Part shown: positions 11,107-20,446 of the stretch, piece by piece
Position numbering within the stretch: position 1 is the stretch's first letter
Layout of the letters: each line of letters opens with the position of its first letter
Origin: Rickettsiales bacterium
Lineage (GTDB): Bacteria; Pseudomonadota; Alphaproteobacteria; Rickettsiales; JABIRX01
Assembly: GCA_018659145.1 (NCBI GenBank)
Contig: JABJNB010000018.1
Coordinates: 11,039-75,038 of the forward strand
DNA length: 64,000 nucleotides
Direction of reading: 5' to 3'
Notes under the pieces: model-generated
What the model was told of the DNA's origin: nothing
Seen by the model: the letters and a program-made list of their open reading frames with translations, nothing else
The model's database searches: none
Translations under genes and position numbers: made by a program

Positions 11107-12601
11107 GCCCCTGTAAATGTTTCATCATCACATTCTCAGCTTCATCACGCTTTGCTATCAAATCCTTTAAACTACTTAACTCAGCCTTCACATCAATCGG
11201 CTCTTCTTCTTCTGCGGTATGCACATAGCGGGCGATGTTTAGGTTGTGGTCATTGGTGGTTATCTCGCTGATTAGCACAAGGCGGGCGAAGCGTTCTACA
11301 TCTTGCCAGCTTTCATATGTGCTAACAAAACGCGCTACATTTTCTTCAGTTAGTGTGTTTTGTGCTTTGCCTTCTTTATATTCTTCCGCGCCATTGATAA
11401 TCATCACCTTGCCAGTTTTATCAGCTGGTTTGTTTTTATTTATCAGCAAAATACAAGCCGGAATACCTGCGCCATAAAATAGATTAGGTGCAATCCCAAT
11501 CACTGCTTCAATAAGATCTTGATTTAGTAACCCTTCACGAATTCGCCCTTCCGCACCACCACGAAATAATACGCCATGTGGCAATACCACAGCCATTCTT
11601 CCATCATCTTTAAGACTTGCGATCATATGCTGAACAAAGGCCAAATCACCATAAGATTTTGGCGGGCAGCCATAAATATCACGTCCATATGGATCACCCT
11701 TATCCCAAATATCATAACCCCATTCTTTAAGTGAGAATGGCGGATTAGCAATCACCCGATCAAACTGCTTTAAACCTTTACTACTCTCTGAAACCAAATT
11801 GCGTGGATTACGTAGCGTATCACCACGATCAATCACGGCATCGTCAATATCATGCAAGAACATATTCATCTTGCAAATCGCCCAAGTATTTAAATTCTTT
11901 TCTTGGCCTGCAAGGGATAATGTTTTTGGATTTAGGCCGGCTTCCTGCAAGGCATGATATGATTGAATCAACATACCACCTGATCCACAGGTAGGATCAT
12001 AAACGCTCATCCCCTCTTTTGGCGCGAGCATTTTAACCATCAACTTCACGACATATTCAGGAGTGTAAAACTCACCACCTTTCTTACCTGAATCATCTGC
12101 AAATTTCTTTATCAAATATTCATAACTATTGCCAAGCATATCCGCGCTTACATCGCTATTGCGCAAACGGTATTTATCAAAATGCTGAATTAGCTTTTGT
12201 AATATGCTATCTGGAAAACGTTGTTTATTATTAAAATCAATATCTTGAAAAATATCTTTCAAACGCAAATTCGCATCTTCTATCTTATGAAAAGCATTAT
12301 TTAAATGCTCACCAATATTAGTACTCTGCTTTGCTAGATCATCCCAGAACGCTCCTTCTGGAATAGCAAACCGATGCTCATCTGGATCCGCGGCTAGTTC
12401 TTCATCTTTAAATGTTGCATAAGCCTGCTCATATTCCTCCTGCCACACATCACTCAGACGTTTAAAAAACAGAAGCCCAAATATATAATGCTTATAATCC
12501 GAGCTATCAATACTCCCGCGCAGGATATCAGCTGCCCTCCATAGATGTTGCTCTAATTGAGCTTGAGTAAATTTCTCATCAATCGCATCTTCTTTTTCCA
12601 T
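11090..12601 (-). CDS. hsdM: Type I R-M N6-adenine DNA methyltransferase subunit
   Basis: SAM-binding DPTCGSGGML and catalytic NPPF (VIANPPFSLKEW). 17-nt overlap with hsdS. Confidence 0.9.
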   Translation of the reverse strand: MEKEDAIDEKFTQAQLEQHLWRAADILRGSIDSSDYKHYIFGLLFFKRLSDVWQEEYEQAYATFKDEELAADPDEHRFAIPEGAFWDDLAKQSTNIGEHLNNAFHKIEDANLRLKDIFQDIDFNNKQRFPDSILQKLIQHFDKYRLRNSDVSADMLGNSYEYLIKKFADDSGKKGGEFYTPEYVVKLMVKMLAPKEGMSVYDPTCGSGGMLIQSYHALQEAGLNPKTLSLAGQEKNLNTWAICKMNMFLHDIDDAVIDRGDTLRNPRNLVSESSKGLKQFDRVIANPPFSLKEWGYDIWDKGDPYGRDIYGCPPKSYGDLAFVQHMIASLKDDGRMAVVLPHGVLFRGGAEGRIREGLLNQDLIEAVIGIAPNLFYGAGIPACILLINKNKPADKTGKVMIINGAEEYKEGKAQNTLTEENVARFVSTYESWQDVERFARLVLISEITTNDHNLNIARYVHTAEEEEPIDVKAELSSLKDLIAKRDEAENVMMKHLQGLGYDS

Positions 12602-12718
12602 TACAACTTCACCCTTAATTACATAGCAAGATCGTAAATACTATTACCCGACCCTAAATGCAATTACTTATAAAGGAGCCTTAACATGAATAGGCAGAAC
12701 CAAGAGAATTCTTGGAGG

Positions 12719-13459
12719 CTAGGTTTTAGGATAAAGCTTAATTAGGCATGTCACTATAAAATAGGCAATAACTATGAGGACTCCTGCGGGTAGATCAAAT
12801 GTTATAGCAAAAACAATTCCTAAGATTACTGAAATAATTCCACATGCCCAAGAAATGCATAATGGGTTTTTCTTATTCTTGGCTGCAATTGCTGGAAGTA
12901 TAAGGCTGGCAAAAACAACATAGATTCCAACTAGCTGGACTGATGATGTGATTGCAAAAGCAAAAATTACATAAAACCCAATACCGCTGCGTATTTTGGG
13001 TTTTAAAAACCATAATCCTATTACGCCTATATAAATTGGTAAATGTTGTAGAATATCGTGAAATGTAACAAATAGAATTTGGCCAGATAGCAAATGTTTT
13101 ATCTCATCTGCCCCGTGAGCATGATTTGATAAAAACAAAATACTCAAAGACGCAGCTAACACAAAGCTACAACCAATAATTGCCTCCTCAATATCGGGGG
13201 CTGTTTTTTCTATATAATAGAATAATAGACTAGCGGAGATTGCAAAGAAAAGCGCAATAGGTTGATAGGACCAGCTATGCTCTGGAAAGCAAATACTCGC
13301 TACAATTAACCCAAATCCAGCAATCTGAGCAACCGCAAGATCAATAAAAACTATTCCCTTTTCTAAGACCGAACTTCCAAGCAATCCATGAGTTAGGGCA
13401 ACTAATAAACCAACCACTAAGGCTGGACTCATTATTTCTATCATTTCCAGACTTATCAT
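12719..13459 (-). CDS. Metal (Zn/Mn-type) ABC transporter permease, ABC-3 family
   Basis: 246-aa polytopic hydrophobic protein. 4-nt overlap with the upstream ZnuA-like gene. Confidence 0.7.
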   Translation of the reverse strand: MISLEMIEIMSPALVVGLLVALTHGLLGSSVLEKGIVFIDLAVAQIAGFGLIVASICFPEHSWSYQPIALFFAISASLLFYYIEKTAPDIEEAIIGCSFVLAASLSILFLSNHAHGADEIKHLLSGQILFVTFHDILQHLPIYIGVIGLWFLKPKIRSGIGFYVIFAFAITSSVQLVGIYVVFASLILPAIAAKNKKNPLCISWACGIISVILGIVFAITFDLPAGVLIVIAYFIVTCLIKLYPKT

Positions 13460-14373
13460 TTACTTGCCTCTAAGATCAAATTAATTGTGTTATCAAAAAG
13501 AGAGAATAGATCATTGCTCTGCTTATCGCCTCCAACTGTATATGGCAGTACCAATTCTTTTATTTGAGTTTTTTTATGAATCCAATTGCTAGCATCTTGC
13601 GGATCAAAAGGAGTTCTAATAATAAATTCTGTCGGCTCTTTTTGCAAAATTACTAAGAGATTCTCTAGATGGCTTGAAGTTGGCGCAATTCCTGGCTTTG
13701 ATTCCAGAACTGCTACTTCATCTAACTCAAGCCAATCAATTAAATAACTAAAAGATTTATGATGAGGCAAAACTTTTAGTCCCTTTAGTTGCGATGCTCT
13801 CATTTTCCACTCTCTGATAGATTCGCTCCACTTAGTCATGAACTTGTCATAATTATTTTGATAAGCTTCAGCATTACTAGGATCAAGATCTTGTAAGCGA
13901 TTATTGAGCTCTTTTGCGACCAATAAAATATTATGTGGATTTAAATGAATATGAGGATTGCCTTGTGCATGAATATCTCCTCTAGATCTATCCAGCACTT
14001 CTGATTTTCCAAGTCTAGGCACAAAGTCAGAAGCCATAAAATGACCAACCTTGCCCACCTGAACATTCCTATTAGCCTTAGACAGCAAGATTGGTAACCA
14101 TCCAACCTCCAGGTCTGATCCTGAGCAAATTAATAAATCCGCTTTCCTGACTTTAGCAATGAGACTAGGCTTAGCTCGGATATAATGCGGATCTTGGGCA
14201 GCATATGTAGCGGAGAATGAGTCTACATAACTACCGCCAATTTCTTGAGAGAGAGCATGCCATTCAGGCTCGCAAGCAAAGATATTGACTTTTGCTTGTG
14301 CAGATATTGGCAATAACATAGAAGTTATTGCCAATAAAGAGATAATATAAAATCTTGGCATTCTAATTACCAA
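13456..14373 (-). CDS. Metal ABC transporter substrate-binding protein (ZnuA/TroA-like)
   Basis: Signal peptide. FACEPEWHAL...AQDPHYIRAKPS...ADLLICSGSDLEVGWLP pattern of cluster-9 metal-binding proteins. Confidence 0.75.
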   Translation of the reverse strand: MVIRMPRFYIISLLAITSMLLPISAQAKVNIFACEPEWHALSQEIGGSYVDSFSATYAAQDPHYIRAKPSLIAKVRKADLLICSGSDLEVGWLPILLSKANRNVQVGKVGHFMASDFVPRLGKSEVLDRSRGDIHAQGNPHIHLNPHNILLVAKELNNRLQDLDPSNAEAYQNNYDKFMTKWSESIREWKMRASQLKGLKVLPHHKSFSYLIDWLELDEVAVLESKPGIAPTSSHLENLLVILQKEPTEFIIRTPFDPQDASNWIHKKTQIKELVLPYTVGGDKQSNDLFSLFDNTINLILEASK

Positions 14374-14375
14374 AA

Positions 14376-15704
14376 TTAATATTTATGAGCACTATGAGCA
14401 CCAAAGCTCATTACATATTGCAACATAATTTGATTATCATGATTGTTTTGGGATAATTCCTCATGATTATATTGTAAGCGCAAACGACTAAATTCACTAT
14501 TTGTCCAATCAATCATTGCGGTATATGATTTTGGATCATAATTATTTGAGTCTAGAGAACTTCCAATTAATCCAGTTGGAGTATTAGGAGTTAGGAGCTC
14601 ACTATATCTTAATCCTACACGCCACTGAGATTTGAATTTATAAATAGTTTGGAGATACCATCCTGAAGAATTATCATCAAAATCAACCATACCCGTTAAA
14701 GTACTACCATCTTCATTAATTTCTTCATAAGTGCCAGACTCCTTTCGATAAAAATACTCACCTTGAATAGTTAATTCCTGATTTTTAGCATTACCAGTTG
14801 GGGCAAAAACATATTTCAGATCAGCAATATAAAGGTCGGTATCACCAATAAAAGTCACAGTATCCTCATTAGTAACTCTTCCAGCCTTTGCTTCACCAGA
14901 GAGAGTAGATAAGCCAAATCTCCAGCTTTGATTATCGCCAATATCACCGCCTATCCTAGTGTAAGCAGAATAAGATCCAGTGCCATCACCACCTCCAAAT
15001 GGGAAGTCATCACCCCTAAATGTTCCTCCACCAATTTCTGCATAAAGATCAATTGGCAAAATATAAGAAATTTGGGCTCCATCATCATTAAAGCTATTAT
15101 TTAGAAAGGCTCTATATGGTAAAGGACGATCAGCGAAATCATCTGTGTGAGCATGATTGGCATTTAGATATCCTAAATTCCAAAATGACCTACCAGCCTT
15201 TATTTCAAGTCCAGTAGGTAAACCAAATTCTGGAGAGGTGCTAATAAATGCTTCCTCTAATTCTATTATATCTGCTCCATCTTCATTAACGATCGCTGCA
15301 GTTACACTACCAAAGAATTTATCATCAATATTAGAAGAAAAATTAAGTTCAGATTCGCCGATTGAAAACCCCTCTTTGCCTCTTTCTCCTTCTTCACCAA
15401 TACCAAAGCCAGAAATTTCAGAGGCGTTTTTAGAAAAAGCAGAATATTTACCGTTTAAAATAACCCCTATTGATGGGTTAAATTTATTATCATAAATATT
15501 ACGCGTAGTATTAGCGTTATTTAATATTGAGTTATTTTTATCTAACTTATTTTCTAAATCAGATATTCGCTTCTCATATGAATCCTTGATATTGTTAAAT
15601 TCATTTTTAAGAGATTTGATTTCTGAGTTAGTGGATGCAAATGCAGAGCTTGCACACAAAGAAGCTGATAGCACAATATGTGCCATAATTTTTATTTTAG
15701 TCAT
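14376..15704 (-). CDS. Putative outer-membrane beta-barrel protein (porin-like) with N-terminal coiled coil
   Basis: Signal peptide (ASSAFAS), heptad segment IKDSYEKRISDLENKLDK, alternating Gly/aromatic beta-strand-like composition, aromatic C-terminal residue. Confidence 0.5.
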   Translation of the reverse strand: MTKIKIMAHIVLSASLCASSAFASTNSEIKSLKNEFNNIKDSYEKRISDLENKLDKNNSILNNANTTRNIYDNKFNPSIGVILNGKYSAFSKNASEISGFGIGEEGERGKEGFSIGESELNFSSNIDDKFFGSVTAAIVNEDGADIIELEEAFISTSPEFGLPTGLEIKAGRSFWNLGYLNANHAHTDDFADRPLPYRAFLNNSFNDDGAQISYILPIDLYAEIGGGTFRGDDFPFGGGDGTGSYSAYTRIGGDIGDNQSWRFGLSTLSGEAKAGRVTNEDTVTFIGDTDLYIADLKYVFAPTGNAKNQELTIQGEYFYRKESGTYEEINEDGSTLTGMVDFDDNSSGWYLQTIYKFKSQWRVGLRYSELLTPNTPTGLIGSSLDSNNYDPKSYTAMIDWTNSEFSRLRLQYNHEELSQNNHDNQIMLQYVMSFGAHSAHKY

Positions 15705-15800
15705 TTTCCTAATAATTTATAATTTCTAAATATAAAGCAAAATAGCCACATATCACATTAGTGTTACAAGGCTGATTGCTTTAAAATTGTTTTTAGTTGT

Positions 15801-16088
15801 TTAGTTAGGAAAAAAAGGGGGCGCTCTAGGGTTGTAGAGTGAGTCTTTACCATCAAAAGGTAAAATTTCTTTTGGTAGAGTTACTTTGGACGTTAAGAGA
15901 TTTGGAGTTATTAACTCAGAGAGATTGTTGTTTAATAATTTATTGTTATCTGCACTTAAGCAAATATCACAAGCTTTGCCATTATGCTCATGTTCTTCAA
16001 AGCCATATTTACTAGCATGCACAAGCGAAAAAGCCTGCATACTAAGGAAGATGGTGATGATAAATAATAAATTAAACTTTCTATTCAT
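15801..16088 (-). CDS. Small secreted His/Cys protein (DUF2946-like, CxxC)
   Basis: Signal peptide, then FEEHEHNGKACDIC. Position next to the metal-uptake cluster. Functional call is tentative. Confidence 0.4.
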   Translation of the reverse strand: MNRKFNLLFIITIFLSMQAFSLVHASKYGFEEHEHNGKACDICLSADNNKLLNNNLSELITPNLLTSKVTLPKEILPFDGKDSLYNPRAPPFFPN

Positions 16089-16116
16089 AGAGTGTAAAAA
16101 ATTAACTCAGAAAAGC

Positions 16117-16151
16117 ATAAAGATGTTGAAACTAATTCTCAACATCTTTAT
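16117..16151. promoter_or_regulatory. Perfect 13-bp inverted repeat with 9-nt spacer (operator or terminator)
   Basis: ataaagatgttga (16117..16129) and tcaacatctttat (16139..16151), between the SIMPL-like gene and the small CxxC gene. Confidence 0.4.
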
Positions 16152-16339
16152 GCGAAAAGTTTGCTATGAATCCTGCGAGGTAGTATTGACTTACCTGGTA
16201 GTTACTACACCAGATATAATGTTTTGTATCTCTGCACTAAAATAATTGGCTTTCCTGAGTTGAAACAGCTCCGGACATGCATATGGTTGAGGCCCTACGG
16301 ATTTTGCTATGGGCGCGTAACAAAATATAAACAGGGCTC

Positions 16340-17047
16340 CTAATAAGCAATATGCAGTGTTACTGAGGCTACGATCTCTTGCTCTTTTGGTAAGATAGTT
16401 GGCTTTGGAGAAACTTTTTGAGTTTCAGGTCTAATTTTATATTCAAATTTTGGATAGCGTATATCCGATGTATCGATCTCTATCTTCATAACAGCTTTAC
16501 GTCTTAGCTCTAATTGCTTTAGCACTTTATCTGCCTTGGCTAGAGCTTTATCAATCGCGAACTTAATGGCTTCTTCCTTTTTGCTTTCCAGAAGATCCTC
16601 AGGGGCTGAGAATTTAATATCATGGATTCTATCAATTTTATTTTTTGATAAGAAGTTTAAATATATAGCAACCATATCGCTCGGGACTTTAAATGAGACT
16701 GTGGAGATGGTATCAAAGCCAATCACTTCTCTAGCTTGGGATTCGTAATTATATACAGGGTTTGAAATAAAAGAGGTTGTTTGCAACTCTTTAACTTCCT
16801 CGGTCTCTGATCTTAAATATGTAACCACATTTAATGATTGAGACGCGTAATCTTGATAAGATATATCTGCGTCTGGTCCTCTACCAATCACATCAAATGA
16901 TATTACAGCTTCGGTTGTTTTGAATTTTAAAGTGTGGCTAGCTGATATCTCTAATGTTTTTTGCTCCGCTAAGACATTTGTAGTGGATATAAAGATTAAG
17001 CTTAGAGCAAGTATCAGCTTGTTTAAATTTGTATTTAATCGCTTCAT
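16340..17047 (-). CDS. SIMPL/DUF541-like periplasmic protein
   Basis: Signal peptide. Size and layout resemble BP26/SIMPL proteins. 1-nt overlap with the ribBA stop. Confidence 0.45.
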   Translation of the reverse strand: MKRLNTNLNKLILALSLIFISTTNVLAEQKTLEISASHTLKFKTTEAVISFDVIGRGPDADISYQDYASQSLNVVTYLRSETEEVKELQTTSFISNPVYNYESQAREVIGFDTISTVSFKVPSDMVAIYLNFLSKNKIDRIHDIKFSAPEDLLESKKEEAIKFAIDKALAKADKVLKQLELRRKAVMKIEIDTSDIRYPKFEYKIRPETQKVSPKPTILPKEQEIVASVTLHIAY

Positions 17048-18150
17048 TATTTTACTTCAAGGAATTTTGTAATCTCTATATCATAACCTTGTAATCCAAT
17101 TACAGATTTTGGATTGTTGGTTAGTAGTTGCATTTTCTTAATACCAAGATCTGTTAATATCTGGGCACCAATGCCGTAATCTCTTATTTCTTTTGGCTCA
17201 ACGTCTTGAGTTATTTTGGACTCTATCGAGCTCGAAACCAAATCTTTTTGCATAGAGCGCAAAATAACTACAACTCCCGCTCCCATCTGATCTATTTGTT
17301 TCATCGAGCGTATTAACATATCAGAATCCTTGCCTGAATGTAGAATGTCCCGTAAGAAATTCTGAGAATGCATGCGAACAGGCACTTCATCTAAAGTTGA
17401 TATATCGCCCTTTATCAGCACAACATGCTCGGCATATTCGATATTGCTATGGTAAACTACAAGGTTAAAATCTCCATGCAAAGTACTGATATCACAGCTG
17501 TTAAACCTTGATATAAGTTTGTCATTACGTCTTCGGTAATTTATTAAGTCGGCAATCTTAGCAATTTTTAAATTATGTTCTTTTGCAAATATGGCGAGGT
17601 CTGGCAGACGTGCCATCTCACCATTATCTTTCATAATCTCACAAATAACCCCAGAAGCATTTAATCCGGCAATTATTGATATATCAACCGCGGCCTCTGT
17701 GTGACCGGCCCTAGTTAAGACACCGCCATCTTTGGCTAAAAGGGGAAACACATGTCCGGGAGATACAATATCTAAAGCTGATTTTGAAGGGTCGATTGCA
17801 GATTGAATTGTGTGTGCCCGGTCATATGCTGAAATACCGGTAGTAACACCCTCTTTAGCTTCAATAGATATTGTAAATGCAGTTCTATTCCGAGATTTGT
17901 TATGCTGGGCCATGAGCGGCAAGCTTAACTCCTCAACCCTCTTGCCACTTAATGCTAAGCAAATTAATCCGCGACCATATTTTGCCATGAAGTTAATGAC
18001 ATCGCTGGTTGCAAATTGCGCTGGGATAACTAAGTCCCCTTCATTTTCTCGATTCTCATCATCAACCAAGATAAACATCTTACCGCGTTTTGCATCTTCG
18101 ATAATATCTTCGATTTTAGATATTTTTATTTCTTCATTTTTTATAGACAT
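17047..18150 (-). CDS. ribB: 3,4-dihydroxy-2-butanone-4-phosphate synthase with C-terminal GTP-cyclohydrolase-II-like domain
   Basis: DHBP synthase motifs (DDENRENEGDLV, RAGHTEAAVD). The C-terminal half aligns to RibA but lacks the Cys triad (VRMHSQNFLRDIL in place of VHSECLTGD...CDCG). Confidence 0.85.
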   Translation of the reverse strand: MSIKNEEIKISKIEDIIEDAKRGKMFILVDDENRENEGDLVIPAQFATSDVINFMAKYGRGLICLALSGKRVEELSLPLMAQHNKSRNRTAFTISIEAKEGVTTGISAYDRAHTIQSAIDPSKSALDIVSPGHVFPLLAKDGGVLTRAGHTEAAVDISIIAGLNASGVICEIMKDNGEMARLPDLAIFAKEHNLKIAKIADLINYRRRNDKLISRFNSCDISTLHGDFNLVVYHSNIEYAEHVVLIKGDISTLDEVPVRMHSQNFLRDILHSGKDSDMLIRSMKQIDQMGAGVVVILRSMQKDLVSSSIESKITQDVEPKEIRDYGIGAQILTDLGIKKMQLLTNNPKSVIGLQGYDIEITKFLEVK

Positions 18151-18730
18151 CTCCTGCTCCTACAATATATTTGGCTACCATATCAATCTCAATATTAACT
18201 TTATCTCCAATCTTAGCTTTCGCTAGAGCGGTATTTTCTAAAGTATGAGGAATGATATTAATCAATATAGCATTCTCCAATACCTTGTTCACGGTAAGTG
18301 ATATACCATTAATTGCAACAGAACCTTTATCTATGAAGAAGGCCCGGTGTTTAGTCTCTAGACTAATGTTAAATTGAAATGAGTTATTAATTGGAACAAT
18401 ATCTAAAATATCAGCTATAAAATCTACATGACCAGAGACCATATGCCCTGATAATCCGTCTGATAATTTAAGTGATTTTTCAATATTAACATGATCACCC
18501 TCTTTGACATCAGCAAAATTAGAGCAATCTATAGTTTCTTTAGATAGATAGAATTTCAGGTTACGACCATCAATTTCAGTTACTGTAAGGCAAACGCCAT
18601 TTGTGGCTATGGATTCTCCAAGAACAATGTTTTTAGTGCTTGTTAGCTCAAGGATAATCTCAATATCAGACCCACCAACATGTTTAATAGCGTTAATTTT
18701 ACCTATATCTGTAATTATTCCTGTGAACAT
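18134..18730 (-). CDS. ribE: Riboflavin synthase alpha chain
   Basis: MFTGIITDIGK start. Two internally repeated lumazine-binding halves (NGVCLTV / NGISLTV). Confidence 0.85.
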   Translation of the reverse strand: MFTGIITDIGKINAIKHVGGSDIEIILELTSTKNIVLGESIATNGVCLTVTEIDGRNLKFYLSKETIDCSNFADVKEGDHVNIEKSLKLSDGLSGHMVSGHVDFIADILDIVPINNSFQFNISLETKHRAFFIDKGSVAINGISLTVNKVLENAILINIIPHTLENTALAKAKIGDKVNIEIDMVAKYIVGAGDVYKK

Positions 18731-18859
18731 TTTTTCTTAAGTACTATTTCTAAGGCGGCAAGTTAATACTTATTGCCATCAAATTGCAAGTTTGTTGTAA
18801 TGGATTAGCCGGGTACGTTCTTCCAACGATTTTGGAGCATGTGTAATACTCTTTATCTT

Positions 18860-19032
18860 ACCCCCTCGCGCTTTGCCCAGGATCACTATCATTATACTTT
18901 GAATTGTGACACAGCCTGTTATGCTCGCCCGGGGATCTGCTAAAAATTCAATGATTGATATGGATGAAGGTTTTCGTGCACCATAAGGGTTGTTACAAGG
19001 GGTTGTCTCATTTGAATTCTAGGTAGTAATGA
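18860..19032. repeat. Cluster of dispersed repeats: degenerate family B copy, family B left half (18913..18970), family A terminal fragment (18971..19032)
   Basis: agcctgttatgctcgccc...aaaaattcaatgattgatatggatgaagg matches 22763.. and 26534..26620 (rc). ...tctaggtagtaatga matches the family A terminal inverted repeat. Confidence 0.7.
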
Positions 19033-19093
19033 GCCTTGTTCTTGCCTGGTATCAAGCGATCTTTTAGTACATGTTTATTCACTAATTGCAGAG

Positions 19094-20416
19094 CTACTTT
19101 CCAATACAAAATTCTTTGAAGATCTTATCCAAGATATCCTCAATATCAATTTTTCCAGTGATCCTAGATAAGCAGTTAGCAGCTAGGCGTAAATTCTCGC
19201 AGGCTAGAATTAAATCATTAGTTAGGTCGAATCGGTTTAGATATTTTACAATATTTTCGATTTCATTTATATGGCGTTCTTTGGAGATAGCATAACCTTT
19301 TCCCCAATTAAATTCGGATTTAATTCTCTCTTGTATCAGGTTGATTAGTTCATTAATACCAGATTTAGTTTTTGTTGAAACGGTATTTAACTTATATTTG
19401 GCTATAAGATCCTGATTGCTCTTATTTAAAATATCTTCTTTGTTAACAATTATGAGATCGCCCTCCTTTACATTCTCATTAGTCAAATCATCTTCTGATA
19501 ATATCGCGCCACCATCTAATAATAAAATTCTAAGATCTGCATTTTGGGCAGTGAAAATTGCTTTTTTAATACCAATATTCTCGATCACATCTTGGCTTTC
19601 TCTGATACCTGCGGTATCTGATAAAATTACAGCAAGGCCACCTAGGTCTAACTCCACATCAATTACATCACGAGTCGTGCCAGCAATATCTGAGACGATT
19701 GCAACATCCCTACCAGCTAATTCATTTAAAAGAGATGATTTGCCTGCATTAGTTTTGCCAATTAATGCAATCTTGATGCCATTACTAATTTTGCATCCGG
19801 CCTTATTATCGTTAAGGAATTCTGAGATGGCAGCATTCATATCATTTAATTTAATTGTGATCTGGTCAACTATTTCAAGCTCAATATCATCATCTGGAAA
19901 GTCGATATAAGCTTCTAATATTGCTAGCATATTAATTAAATTATCGCGCCAAGTATTATAAATTACCGAGACATTTCCTTTTAATTGTTTTAGCGCTTGA
20001 TCTGATTGTAGTCTGGTTCCAGCTTTTACTAAATCATTTACAGCTTCAGCCTGTAGCAAATCCATTTTGCCATTTAGGAAAGCGCGTTTAGAGAACTCTC
20101 CGGGAGCGGCGAAACTAAATCCATCAAGGCTACTTAAGATTTTAAGAAACTCTTTTAAGATGGCAGGTGAGCCATGAAGATTAAATTCAATTACATCTTC
20201 ACCTGTAAAGCTATATGGCCCTTTAAAATAGATAAATAAGCCATTATCGATCAGTTGTCCCTCATAGATAAAATCTGAATAATATGCAAATCGAGGTTTG
20301 ACTTTTTGTCCTAAAGAAAATACATCAAGTAGCTGAGTAGCGTCTGGTCCTGATATTCTAATAACGCTAACAGCGCTTGGAATCTCTGATGTGATTGGTG
20401 CGAAAATGGTGCTCAT
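19094..20416 (-). CDS. mnmE: tRNA modification GTPase MnmE
   Basis: G-domain GKTNAGKSSLLN and DTAGIR. C-terminal CIGK motif. Confidence 0.9.
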   Translation of the reverse strand: MSTIFAPITSEIPSAVSVIRISGPDATQLLDVFSLGQKVKPRFAYYSDFIYEGQLIDNGLFIYFKGPYSFTGEDVIEFNLHGSPAILKEFLKILSSLDGFSFAAPGEFSKRAFLNGKMDLLQAEAVNDLVKAGTRLQSDQALKQLKGNVSVIYNTWRDNLINMLAILEAYIDFPDDDIELEIVDQITIKLNDMNAAISEFLNDNKAGCKISNGIKIALIGKTNAGKSSLLNELAGRDVAIVSDIAGTTRDVIDVELDLGGLAVILSDTAGIRESQDVIENIGIKKAIFTAQNADLRILLLDGGAILSEDDLTNENVKEGDLIIVNKEDILNKSNQDLIAKYKLNTVSTKTKSGINELINLIQERIKSEFNWGKGYAISKERHINEIENIVKYLNRFDLTNDLILACENLRLAANCLSRITGKIDIEDILDKIFKEFCIGK

Positions 20417-20446
20417 TATTAACTTTTATAAATATTTTTAACTCAA

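Noticed and set aside
4842-12718. Searched the borders of the R-M islet for flanking direct repeats
   Set aside because: Only a shared GCAATTAC octamer (about 4862 and about 12660), which is not significant in AT-rich sequence.
15705-15800. Possible Zur/Fur box (TAACACTAATGTGA) upstream of the OMP gene
   Set aside because: Only about 10 of 14 positions are symmetric, in very AT-rich DNA. Not distinguishable from chance without a taxon-specific matrix.
18731-19093. Looked for an FMN (RFN) riboswitch upstream of ribE
   Set aside because: None of the conserved RFN core segments are present on the minus strand. The gap is occupied by family A/B repeat fragments.
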